Below the pieces are notes generated by a model. The model had not been told where the DNA came from. It did not search any database and saw nothing but the letters and a program-made list of their open reading frames with translations. The translations under genes were made by a program, and so were the position numbers. A stretch of 64,000 bases of DNA from Gordius albopunctatus (Eukaryota). Numbering within the stretch: the first letter of the stretch is position 1; each line of letters opens with the position of its first letter. Shown here in pieces: positions 36,231 through 49,071 of this stretch. The stretch covers positions 15,748,001 through 15,812,000 of the forward strand of contig OZ193909.1 in assembly GCA_964276515.1 (NCBI GenBank), written 5' to 3'.

Positions 36231-37351
36231 TGTTGCGTCAATTGACTTAATTGTCTCATTTACATTACCTTACTACTTCACGACGTTAATTGACCAATCA
36301 AGCATACCTGGCGGAGACACCACTAAATTGATTTATTTATACCTCGCGTAATTGATTTATTTATACCTCGCGGAGACACCACTAAACTTGATTGATTTAT
36401 TCAATTAATTCACGAGTATATAAAAGGAGTTTAAAACTCTTTTTACTCACTTACTTTTCTTCCAACGATTTAATTTATATTATACAATAAAGTAATTATA
36501 CTTTATCCTAAATAATAAACTAGCTCGAAGAGGTGTTGAGCTCGAAATTGGTGACCCCGCTCGGGGGAGCCCATTTTTTTTTTAAACTCCCCCTGAATGC
36601 GCCTTTAAACAACAACAACGTCTGCCGAACGCCCAACCAATGTTTTGCGCATGGCCTATCACAAAAACGATAACGCCACATGGCCTCTTGCAACGAGCAA
36701 AGACTACGTTCGGCAAAGCGATACCACGACATGGTCTCTTGCAACGAGCAGACTACGTTCGACAAAACGAACAACCTACTACCAATGTTCTCACCACCGC
36801 TTACCGGTTTAGTTGATGACCGATTGCAATTCCAATATAGATACCTCTGCCCGCGGCATGGATCTTATTAATATATTGGATAGCATCACAACAACATACA
36901 CGCAACTCACACCTCGGTTACCTCACTAACAACCACGGTAGGCGGAGACAAAACTGGCTGGTAGTATGAACATCCTTTACACATACTTTACATCAACCAA
37001 AAAAAAATTTTTTAATTTTAAGTAACGCTCCACGTCTACGAAGGAGACTATTTGTGGTGTTGCGTCCTATACCTCGCGGAGGTGTTGCGTCAATTAACTT
37101 AATTGTCTCATTTACATTACATTACTACTTCACGACGTTAATTGACCAATCAAGCATACCTGGCGGAGACACCACTAAATTGATTTATTTATACCTCGCG
37201 TAATTGATTTATTTATAGACACCACTAAACTTGATTGATTTATTCAATTAATTCACGAGTATATAAAAGGAGTTTAAAACTCTTTTTACTCACTCAATTT
37301 TCTTCCAACGATTTAATTATACTTTATCCTAACTAATAAACTAGCCCGAAA
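36231..37351 (+). mobile_element. LTR (36231-~36547), PBS (36549-36559), ~490 bp internal region, PPT, second LTR (37083-37351, truncated)
   Basis: Two near-identical repeats start TGTTGCGTCAATT. TGGTGACCCCG directly follows the first. A purine tract precedes each. Confidence 0.85.
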
Positions 37352-37967
37352 GGCTCACTTTCTATATGTTTATGTTACGCTGTTCGTGTCACGCACCGAA
37401 TGTCACGTTGTTTATTTTTTGTTCGTTTTAATTTAACAATCCCGGAGATGCCAAATTTTTTTTTATTTTTTTTTTAATTAATATATTGTTCTTGTTACTA
37501 CCATTGATAATATGACTTTTTGGCCGTCCACTGGCTGCTAACCAATGGATTTTTTTTTCGTTTTTTTTGACTCTTATGTATTAATAGACTACTCTTGGTA
37601 CTGACCAATTGAAAAAAATGACCATTGTTTTAACTAGTTTTTGGGTTCGAATCCCGGGTTTTTTTTGACTCTTATGATTTTTCTTGTTACTACCATTGAT
37701 AATAAGACTTTTTGGCCGTCCGTTGGATGCTGATCGATAAAAAAATGACCATTGGCAAAAATGTGAATCCATGTTTTTTTTAGTTCTTTTTGACTATTAT
37801 GATTGTTCCTGTTACTACCATTGCTATTATGACTTTTTGGCCGTCCGCTGGCTGCTGACCGATGGAAAAAATGACCATTGGCCAAAATGTGAATCCAAAT
37901 TATTTTTTTCGTTTTTGAATTGGGTAATAACATTGATAATTACCCTATGCCCTCCACTACAAGGGCT

Positions 37968-40900
37968 TGTAGCGGCACTAGCCCCTGTAAATAAAATACA
38001 AAATTATGAAAGTGTAAGATTGATACACTAATTACTAAATAGGGGTAAAAACAAGGGTAAAATATAAGACCAACCACATTTATTAATACTGAGAGTAAAA
38101 ATTACAAGAGAATAATTCTATATGAATTAACGTGTGTATATACACCATTTAAGGTGAGATTAATATGCATAATGTATAAATATTTTCATATATTCAAATT
38201 GAGATAAAGTATTTACATTGTGTAATTACGCGGGTGAATAATAATTCACGTAAATTATGTGTATTCAAATTATGGCAATTTGAAAGGCGCCATATAAATC
38301 CTCTCCTAATTGCATGGAGTGCTAATAAAAAAGGTACTCAGTTAATTTAGCTGGCCAGTGGACTCTGCGTCCTGATTTGGTGGTTTTGTAATTTGAGTCA
38401 GTGTTGTTTGAGGAAGATGTTGAGGGGTAGGTGGAAGGTTGAGGTCTTATGTTTGGGCCTTTTGTTGATAATTTTTCCAAGTTCACAGATTCGACATAAG
38501 CTGGCTTTAAGCGGTCGATCGATATTTTATCCCTTTTACCTTTTTTGTCTATCAGAAAGTACTTAGTATGCCTCTCTAATACTTTAAACGGTCCTTCGTA
38601 AGGTGGAGACAAGCTTTTGCGTACTTTATCTGTCCTTATAAAAACGTACGTGGTGGAAAAAAAATCGGTAGGGATCTGTTGTTTGATGTTTGCTGAACGC
38701 GGTGGTGTAAAACGGACACTGTGAAGTTGTTGAACGAAATCGGTTGTATTGGTGTCGATTGACGATGGCTCTATGTAATCGCCGGGCAGTCGTAAGGGTG
38801 TGCCGTATACGAGTTCGGAGCTTGAACATGCTAGATCTTCCTTCATTGTGGCTCTAATACCCAGTAGTATCAACGGAAGCGTCTCTGACCACTTGTTGAC
38901 CTTGTGTTTTGCCATGATAGAACTCTTCAACTGACGATGAAAACGTTCTACCAGCCCATTGGCTTGCGGGTGGTATGCGTTTGTGGTTATCTGGTGATAA
39001 CCGAGTAGTTGGGATAATTCTCTGAAAAGGTTGGATTGAAACTGGGGTCCACGGTCAGTTGTTATGGTAGTTGGTACACCAAGGTTTGCTATCCAATTTT
39101 GCAAGAAGGTATTAGCAACTGTCTCGGCTGTTGTATCTTTGATGGGAACCGCAATTGGCCATCTTGTAAAACGATCTATTGCGGTAAAAATTTTATTATA
39201 GCCATTGGCTGGTGGTAGCGGACCAACGATGTCTAGGTGGACATGGGTAAATCGGGCATCCGGTTTGGTGAATGTACCTGGTGTGCATATAATATGTTTA
39301 TGTACCTTGCTAACCTGACAATTATGGCATTGTCGTGCCCATAATCGGACGTCATGATTCATTTTTGGCCAAACAAAGCGTTTGGAGATAAGACTGAGGG
39401 TTGATCGGGTACCAGGATGTGATAATCCATGATATTGATTGAAGACGGTTTGCCTTAAGGAAAGAGGTACCAGGGGTCGAGGCGTTGTTTGGGAAATATC
39501 ACAAGTTATATTTAGTTTTAAACCTGGTACAGGGAGTTGCTCCAGTCTTAAAGATTTAGTGTCGTCCTTTGTATAACGTTCAACCTCCTGTCTTGTTGCT
39601 ATAAGTTCCAACAATGATTTTGAGGTATGGACTTGGACTGTGTCGATGTCTGTGCGAGACAGGGTATTAGCCACGATGTTTGTACTACCCCGGATGTATC
39701 GAATGTCCGACGTGAACTGTGAAATGTAGTCCAATTGGCGGATTTCTCGGGGTGAGTATTTGTCCATCTTTGCCTTGAGTGCATAAGTCAAAGGCGTGTG
39801 GTCTGTGTATACAGTGAAGTTGTGTCCTTCGAGGACATGGCTATATTGTTTTATAATGAGGTAAATGGCCAAAAGTTTTCGGCTAAAGGTGCTGTAACGT
39901 GTCTGAGTATCTGACAGTTTTTTGGAGAAGAACGCGAGTGGTAGGATGTCCTCATTTGATTGTTGTTGTAACACTCCTCCGACCGCATAATTGGAAGCAT
40001 CAGTCGTAATGGACAGCGTGCTACCTTCGTCTAAATGAGAAAGGCTGGTTATTTGCTTAAGAGCTTGTTTTGACCGGCTGAAAGATTCTACGGCTTCAGG
40101 GGTTAAAATGATAGGTCTCTTTGAATCGTCTAGTAGGTCGATTAGGGGCTTAAGAATTTCTGTGCACATAGGAATGAAACGACGATATAAATTTATCATT
40201 CCTATAAAACGTCTAAGTTGTGTCATTGTGGTGGGAATTGGGAATATTTTTTCAGGTATCGGTTTAGGACCTTTGGACGTTACTGTATGCCCTAAAAAAT
40301 CAACTTCCTTGACTCCCCACTGACATTTCCCTAGATTGACGCTAATACCATTTTCGAAAAGTCTTTCAATAACTTGTTCGACGTGTACCTTATGTTCTTG
40401 AAGATAGGAACTGGCTATTAGAATATCCTCTAAATAGACGAAAGTGTTGTCTAGCCCTTTAAGGAGACTTGGTCTATGAATCTTTTGAAAGTGTGCGCCG
40501 CATTTCTTAAACCAAAAGGCATGCGTATGAATTCAAATAGACCGAAAGGTGTTGTAATTTCTGTTTTTGGGATGTCTCCCAGTGCCATCGGAATTTGGTG
40601 ATAGGCACGTACTAAATCCAGTTTAGTAAATATATTCTTGCCCGCTAAAGACAGAGAGAAGTCGTGTAGATGTGGAAGAGGATAACGATCGGGTATTGTA
40701 TTAATATTGAGTGCCCGATAATCTCCACACGGTTTCCAGTCTTGTTTGTTTTTCTTTGGGGCCATATGAAACGGTGAAGCCCAGCAGCTCTTTGACCTTC
40801 TGATGATGCCTAAATCCATCATATGCATGAATTCGTCCTTGGCAATCTTCAGTTTCTCTGTATTCAAGGGTCTGGGTTTCGCGAATACGGGTGGACCTTT

Positions 40901-41112
40901 GGTTTGTATGTGGTTTTGGGTATCGTGCTTTATAGCCGGGCTATAGATAGTATGTTTGAAAACGGCCGGAAATTTTTTTAATAAATTGGTAAATTCAGGA
41001 GGATGTATTATAGCCAGCTGTGAATTTAAAGCATCTGATGCCGGTTTTTCGTAAACGGATATGTTATGTGCATCTATTAATTGTTTCCTCTTGACATCAA
41101 TTATTAAGCTAA
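37968..41112 (-). mobile_element. Ty3/gypsy pol (RT-RH-INT) with PPT and 3' LTR (37968-38294), inactivated
   Basis: [27 protein letters not shown] and MPFGLRNA. Catalytic YLDD reads YLED and the RNase H motifs read RKLLA and VANTLSR. Frameshift near 40450. Confidence 0.95.
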
Positions 41113-41560
41113 AATTAATTCCCCGTTGGGGGAATTACCGTATCTTCTCTGACCTTACGAACCCCTGCGAAATTCCCTTCACGTCTAAAATCCCTATGAT
41201 TTTATATATTATGGCCTCGGATAACTCCAAAACTTTTCCCCGTCAATTGTATTACCATATTTCCCTATAACCTGTCGAATCGCTAATTTGATTCTATTAT
41301 TAAATTTACTTCTTGTCGATTATTATACCCTCAATAAATTCTTGGACGTGTATATTGTCGATTGGGTTAACGCCAACTCAACCATAGGCAGACCGTAAAT
41401 TGAATACGAAGGCTTACGAGCAAGGACCGAGACTAACCACTAAAATCACCCGAACCTAACGACTCAAACCCTGACTTTACGGAAGCTCTTGAGCTCAACA
41501 ATTAATCGAGACAACCTTCCTTTCTAAGTCACAGGACATAACAGTGGTGCCCCGGAAGCG
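41113..41560 (+). mobile_element. 5'-truncated LTR with putative PBS
   Basis: Shares a ~78-bp block with solo LTR 45520-46304. Ends GGACATAACA, followed by GTGGTGCCCGGAAGCG. Confidence 0.7.
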
Positions 41561-43139
41561 AAAAAGCCAACGACCTTACGAACAAGGGACTTATCTAAAA
41601 CCGATGCAGTATAAAGGTATAAAATAACGATGACATGTTTAAAATTATTATTCTTTTAATAATTATAATAATACTAAATATAACTATTTTAACAAAAATG
41701 TTTTTATTAAAATGTTTGATCAAGTTCCTCTTAGGATATATTTAGAACAAGTATGGTTTAAACTGTATGTTTATATTGATGTTTTGATAGTTTTTTTATT
41801 AGGAGTTCTCTTTGATAAATTACGACGTAAATTGATTTTTTTTTTAGTACCAATAGAACTGTATATAATCCAGTAATACCCAATTCCCCACCCTATAGAA
41901 ATAATTTCAACAATTATAAAAGTCCTAGGTGCATGAAATGCGGGGTACTAGGGCATAGGGCGGAATTTTGCAAGAATAATTTTGAGTTTCCAAAATACAA
42001 AAAACAATAGGCGCCAATGTAACTATATATGTAAATACTATATTTAATGTAAAGTAATTTATATTTAATTATTCTTACCATTATAAAGTATAACAAATTA
42101 TAAATATAATATTAATTCTACCCCCCCCCTCCCAAATTCACATATATATCCGCATACATATATACCCATATTTAATACTCCGATAACAACAGGCAGCGTT
42201 AGGTCTAAAAATTGTAATAATAAGGATATTATAATATAATTATAAAGAATCAATTCCACTTGAAAAATTAAGGGAGGATAACGTCTTTGGGAATTAAAAT
42301 ATCATCAAAATGTTGAAAATATTTTTTATTTGGATTTTTGGGATTATTGTTAGAATAATAACCAATTCTAGACGATTCATTACTTTTAAAGTAAATTTAT
42401 TACGTAAAGGACGAAAATACAAATTATGTGATCACACCGAAAACATCAAGCTACATGATAGCTTAATTATTAAAAATACTCTAAAAATGGGGTATGTCAT
42501 ATATAGGGAGGACAAGTACCATATGATTTATGGAAAGATTATAAATCGCGGGAGCGAGGTTAGTAGGCGTGAGGCGCGAGGAATCGATGTCAAGCCCTGG
42601 CAAACTTCCTGTACTGATCCTTCATTATATAATATAAAATCGATCCCACTTAAGTTGTGGCGATTACGAATTAATTGGTGTAATATTACCAATTTTAATG
42701 TTTCGGAATTTAGTGATCATAACTATTTGCATCCTTATGCGTATGTTGAATGGTTAACTATTTCCAGGGACTTTAATGAAAGCATATGTAAAACGAGAAG
42801 GTTTAAAATGTTAATAAAAGGGTTTAAATGGGAAATAATTCTAGACACCTTAAAATTAGCTTGACGAGTAAATGATGAGAACGCCTACGCCAAGGATAAG
42901 AATCGGGTAATTAAGTTTGAGTGTGGGTGTATGGGGAGGATATGGACGAATTTTATGTATCTTTTAATTAAGGAGATTGATGTTAATTTAATAACAATAA
43001 ATAGCCAAAAATGTCCCCGCTTAGAAAAGGCGGGTAAAAATAAATGGAAAGAAAAATTCCTAAATTATTATAAAAAGAGTATTAGAAAAAATGATCCTTA
43101 CCGTGAACTAGAATTAAACGTTGTCAATGTAATTTTAGG

Positions 43140-44183
43140 TAAAATCCCTACCCTTGAAATACAATTAAATAATGCCCCCGTAACCTTTATTTTTGATACA
43201 GGTTCTTCTATAACGATCATAAGCAAAAATGATTATTTTGCGAGTGGTATACAGGGATTGTATACAGTATCTAACTTAGAAATTAAAATTTTCAATAATG
43301 AGAAAGTGCGCTTGGTAGGGCAATGTGAGGCCCGGGTAACTATAAACAACATTAGTAAAAATTTTAATATTGTATGTGTCGGAGGCAGGGACAAGTAATA
43401 TTTTCGGTGGGACTGGATTCAGAGTTTTGAATTAGAGTGGCTCAAAATCATTAGAGGTATACCTGGAGAATATCGTAATTTTATTAAGGTGGAGGTGATT
43501 TCTAAAAAGGAGGTTGAGGAACAAGCTCAAGACATATGGGACAAATTTCCGCTTATGTTTAAGAGGGAATTAGGATGTCTAAAACGCTTTGAGGCTACCA
43601 TGAAGTTTAAGGAAGGTGTAAAACCTAAATTTTGTCCGGCCCGGAGAGTGCCCTACGAGTGGAGATCGGAGATCGAAGAGGAACTAAAAAAATGGGTAAA
43701 GGAGGGAATAACCAAGCCTGTAGTATTTAGTTATTGTGCAACCCCATTGGTCCCAGTTAGGAAGGCGGACGGAAAATTGAGGCTCTGTGCTGATTTCCGA
43801 ATCACCTTGAACCCTAGTATTGAACTGGTCCGATTCCCGTTGCCAAGACTGGAAGAGATATTGGTTAAACTGAGTGGGTGCAAGGTGTTCTCCAAAATTG
43901 ATTTCGCATGCAATTAAAAGTGTCGGAAGAAATAAGTCTAAGTTTAACCATTAACACCCATTTAGGTCTCTTCACTTTTCTTAGGTTGCCTTTTGGCTTG
44001 AGCATATCGGCTCCTATTTTTCAAATGGCTATGAATTCCTTATTTAAAGGCTTAGAAGGCGTTTTCTACTATATGGACGATCTATTAATAGCGGGTCGAA
44101 GTGAAGCCGAACATAATTTCCGGTTAATGGGGGTTTTAAGAATAATTGAAAACAATGGATTGAGAGTGTCCAAAAAAAATGTG
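43140..44183 (+). mobile_element. Ty3/gypsy (K02A2.6/Mag-like) protease-RT, decayed
   Basis: FIFDTGSS, PKFCPARRVPY, ATPLVPVRK, LCADFR, RLPFG and YMDDLL. Contains frameshifts. Confidence 0.92.
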
Positions 44184-45490
44184 TTCTTTTTTATCAACTG
44201 GTCTATTTATATTTTTTATATCCTGTACCTTTTTCAAATTAGGTTTAACAAAACCGTCTGCTATTACATGACCTAAATAAATTACCTGGTCAGTACCGAA
44301 AGTACCTTTCTTAGCAGAAACGCCTAAATTTTTAATTTTAATTAAATTTAATACTTTCTCTAAACGTAAATCATGTTCGTAATGAGTTGAACCCGTAACT
44401 AATATATCGTCCAAATAAAAAAATACACCATCTATATTATTAAATATAGATGCCATCGCCTTTTGGAAAATAAGAGCGGACACACTTAAACCAAAAGGTA
44501 ACCTCTTAAAAGAATAAAGACTTTTATCCGTGTTAATTGTTAACAACTTAGCCGATTTATCATCTACTCGAAGTTGAAGGTAGGAATAAGCTAAATCTAA
44601 TTTTGAGAAATACTTACTACCTTTCAAGTTAGCTAAAACCATCTCTAATCTAGGCAACGGATATTTAACATCAATCACCCATTTATTAATTGTTACGCGA
44701 TAATCAGCGCAAACCCTAATTGTACCATTACTATTTTTTACTGGCACAAGACGAGTAGCCCATTCCGAAAATTTGATTGGTTCTATTACGTCATCTTTAA
44801 GCCAATTATCTAAAACTTGGTGCACTTCATCTTTCCACATTAATGGAATGCGTCTAGCAGGACAAAAACGTGGTACAGCATTAGAATCAACACGTATAGA
44901 AACCATAACATTACTCAAACAACCCAATTCTTCATTAAAATCTCATTATATTTCTTTTTAATGTTATTAATTTTAATATGCCATAATTCAAATTTATGCC
45001 CATCGATATTGACATCGACACCACTTACCGAAACCGAGGATACGCATTTTTTAAACAAATCCCGTTCCTCATAAAACCGAGGTTGACTCAATGAGTTCAG
45101 AGCCTCATAAATCCAGGGTTTAGGCTCTATTATAGAAAACAATTCCCTTATTACCGGTTTGGTAGTGTCAAATTCAAAAAAAAATTTCTAGCATTTCCCT
45201 CAAAATATTAATACGATCCATTTTACAATTATTAACTTAACATATACCCCATCAATTTGTAATAGGACCTAAAATCCTTAACCAATTCCATCCCATTATA
45301 TTATCAAATTTATCTTCAATTATATATAATTCTAATTTTACCATTAGCTCTGCTACGCATATAATAACTTTAGTGCTACCTAAAATATTTATATTAGTGC
45401 CATCTAATTGTTTGCCAATTATACTAGCTTTATTAAGATGTCAATCCGGCCACCATTTTAAAAAATATTACTAGACATTATAAGAGTATA
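44184..45490 (-). mobile_element. second K02A2.6/Mag-like protease-RT, convergent, decayed
   Basis: NIMGWNWL (protease end), PRFCPARRIP, VCADYR, KLDLAYSYLQ, RLPFG, YLDDIL and YLGH. Confidence 0.92.
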
Positions 45491-45519
45491 GTAAATGCAG
45501 TAAATTAATAAATGAAAAT

Positions 45520-46304
45520 TGTTTTGTCCGGTAACGATGGATGAAGTTTGTCTTTGTCAATGGTTATGTTCAAGGGCTTCTGTAACGTCCGGGTTGGAGT
45601 GATAGTTTCAGGGGATTTTAGCTCTTAATCCCGGTCGTTAAATATTGATGCCTTAGATGTTTTCGGTTATATTGAGTGAACGTAGTCCAGAATCAATTGA
45701 CAATAAGTGAATTTTATTTGATCTTTATATTCGATACAAGTCACGTCATAGGATACAATTAGCGTGGAAATTATAATTATCTTAGGGATTGTAGCAGGAA
45801 AGGGAATTTCGTAAAACTTCGTAAAGCGATGAAGAAATATATATAATTTTGGTAATAGTAGTATTTTAGACGTGAAGGGAATTTCGCACGGTTTGTAAGG
45901 TCAGAGAAGATACGGTAATTCCCCCAACGGGGAATTAACTGTAAAATTAAAAATAAACCCCTTAATTAATTCTTTCTTACTCGAAACAGGGATTCTTATC
46001 ATGACCACCAGGTTTTCTAACCCCCGCCTGTTCCCTTTATTTATTACATTCACTTCCCTTTATCTACTAGGCCTTTTCCGGCCACATTTTAAGTTTATCT
46101 TTTCTTACATCTTTTTGAACTGCTTAATCTTGACCGCTCTCCTCACTATGAGAATACAATACTCAATCCCCTGCATAACTACACCTGCTCCCCCCTCCTT
46201 AATCCATAATTAACTCAAATAATAAGGGAATCCTAACACCAAGGCAGGGGCATTTAGGGTACGGGTTGAGTTATTTATTGTCCCGGTCCCGTGGGGACAC
46301 GACA
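45520..46304 (-). mobile_element. solo LTR with 5-bp TSD
   Basis: Ends TGTCGTGTCC...GGACAAAACA (TG..CA, imperfect inverted). AAAAT on both sides (45515-45519 and 46305-46309). Confidence 0.82.
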
Positions 46305-46704
46305 AAAATAATAAAATAGCATAATAAATAGTATATAGTAAGTAAAATAAAATTTAACAACTACCTTTTGGTTACTGTAGAATGATAATAGCAATGATGA
46401 ATTGGATAATAAAATTCAGATTTGTGCTTAACAAAAAATTAAAAATAGCAATTGAAATATGGATGTATGTATGCACGTATTGCGTCTATTCACGTGCTTA
46501 GAAAGGCTTTTTTAATCAATAAAATAGTTAAAAAATATTAGGCATAAAATATGAAAATGGAGAGTAAGGAAAAAAATTGAATTAAATAGGCTTGCGACGA
46601 AACAAGCAGCAACATGCAATAGCGGAGCAATTGCCTGTTACGACCGCGCATCACAAAATGTCACAGGTATCATAAGGATATCTCAAAAAATTTACATGTG
46701 CTAA

Positions 46705-47843
46705 ATTGTTCCATTGGTCAGTACCAAGAGACGGTCTATTGATACATACGAGTCAAAAAAACGACAAAAAAATTTCACTTCACATTTTGGCTAATGGTCA
46801 TTTTTTCCATTGGTCAATACCAACAGATGGTCTATAAAGCAATGTTAGCCAAAAAAACTAAAAAAATTTGCTTTACATTTTGGCCAATGGTCATTTTTTT
46901 CCATTGGTCAGTAGCCAGAGGACGGACAAAAAGTCATATTATCAATGGTATTAACAGAAAGACTCATAAGAGTAAAAAAAACGGGAAAAACAATTTCGAT
47001 ACACACTTTGGCCAATGGTCATTTTTTTGCATTGGTCAGTACCAACAGCTGGTCTATAAATCAATGTAACCGAAAATACGAAAAAAAAAATTTGATTCTC
47101 ACTTTGGCCAATGGTCATTTTTTTCCATTGGTCAGCAGCCAGCGGACGGCCAATAAGCCATATTATCAATGGCATTAACAGGAACAATCATAATAGTCAA
47201 AAAAATGGAAAAAAATTATGCACACTTTGGCCAATGGTCGTTTTTTTCCATTGGTCAGCAGCCAGCGGACGGCCAAAAAGTCATATTATCAATGGTAGTA
47301 ACAGGAAAAATGTATTAATTTAATTTAAAAAATAAAATTTTTAAATTTTTTTGCCTCTCCGGTATTCGAACCCCAGATCTGGAGAGGCATAAGCCTTTGT
47401 AGGGGGGGGACACAGGAACCCATATCAGTAGAGGCACTGGCCCTTCTAGGAGAGGACATAGGGTAATTATCAATGTTAGTCAAAAAAAATTTCGATTCAC
47501 ACTTTGGCCAATGGTCATTTTTTTCCATTGGTCAGCAGCCAGCGGACGGCCAAAAAGTCATATTATCTATGGTATTAACAAGAACAAGATATTATTTAAA
47601 TTTAAAAAAATTTGGCCTCCCCGGGATTCGAACCTACATCAGCAGAGGCATAGGCCTTTGTAGGGCGGAGCACAGGGTATCGTACTCAGGATGGCTTATT
47701 CGAATTCCAAGCGGTTTCAGTAGTAAACAAGACGAAAAGCGGGACAAGACATTCGGTGCGTGACACGAAGAGCGTGACAAGACATTCGGTAGCAAGACAT
47801 AAACAAATGGAAAGTGAGCCGATAAATTGCATAGTAATTAATA
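46705..47843 (-). mobile_element. DINE-1/HINE-like modular repeat, reverse orientation
   Basis: Reverse complement of the 11149-12295 modules. Contains about 6 TTTGGCCAATGGTCATTTTTTCCATTGGTCAG units. Confidence 0.55.
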
Positions 47844-47859
47844 CTAATCGATGAACCGG

Positions 47860-48190
47860 TATCGATGCTTCTATATCAATATTTACATAAGGTGTCTGCG
47901 CCTAATTAAAAAAATTTATAAATACTAATCTTGGCGCAATAACCGTATTAGACGTAGCTAGTAGTCAATTATAATTATTTGATGACCCTGCCCTTTCCTG
48001 GACAGAACGCTGCCTTTCCTGATTGCATCTAAAATTATGTTTACAGCACTCATTACGACGTTCTCTATTAAAATATGGTTTATACCTCAGAAAGCAGTTT
48101 TCTTTCAAATGACCTAATTTATTACATATGTAACAACGTCTCTTATCTTTACTCTTAATGACGCAAACTCTTCCTACTCTTTTCACTTTA
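47860..48190 (-). pseudogene. retrotransposon gag zinc-knuckle fragment
   Basis: CYICNKLGHLKENC fits CX2CX4HX4C. Confidence 0.7.
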
Positions 48191-49071
48191 ATTAATACTA
48201 ATAATAAGATAATTACTAGGATCAATGCGATAATTAATAAACAATTATAAATGTTTAATAAAACCGAAGGCTGCCCATTAAACCTTTTTTTATAAAATAA
48301 ATAAAATAACACAAGCAAACACAATTTTATTTTGTATCCAAATAAAATATTTATAAACAAAATGACAAAAAAAAATAATTAAATGTTACGTTATTTTTCA
48401 ATTTATAAATAAATAAATTTAAATTGTAAAAATTAAACACTTAATTAGCAATAATCTAAAATTTCTATTATATAATAAAATTATTGATATTAATATTAAT
48501 AGAATAAGACAACTTTTATCCACGTAAAAAGAAAATATATATATATATATATGTATATATCTTTTAAATAAAATTCCTACCTTTTTTTTAAAATTCGATA
48601 TCGAAGTTCGCTATCACCAATTTAATATCTTCTTTTCTTTCGATTAAATTTCTTTTCAGAATTTTAGGTTTCAATTGAATGTTTTTCTTTATTTACAATA
48701 TAATAAGAATTTGTTTTCCAGTAACGTAGGTAACACACAATTTATAAAATGAAAAAGGAGAGTGAGTTATCCCATATAGCGATTCATGATGATATACATA
48801 TAATATCTTTGATATACATATAATAAATATAATATCTTGCGTATGACATAAGGTTAACATATATATTGGGTTTCTTCCAATATCTTTCTGGATCTTGTAT
48901 ATCGCTCAAATCAGGAGATTGATTAAGTATACATGTCAGTAGAATTTCAGTAAGATATGTACAACATTAGAATTGTAGGAATCAATACAGAAATAGAATT
49001 TTCATATCGTGTGTATTTTAATAAAATCTTATATGATTTAGTAATCGACATATGCCACAAAATTATAAAAA

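Noticed and set aside
42310..42864. 184-aa ORF as a host gene
   Set aside because: No recognisable motif. It lies just upstream of a gypsy protease and is probably decayed gag or leader sequence, which cannot be supported further.
41113..45940. ~78-bp inverted repeats (41113-41190 and 45862-45940) suggesting a 4.8 kb TIR element carrying two RT genes
   Set aside because: The right repeat is internal to a solo LTR (45520-46304) with its own TG..CA ends and TSD. The left is part of a related LTR. They are two LTRs in opposite orientation, not TIRs.
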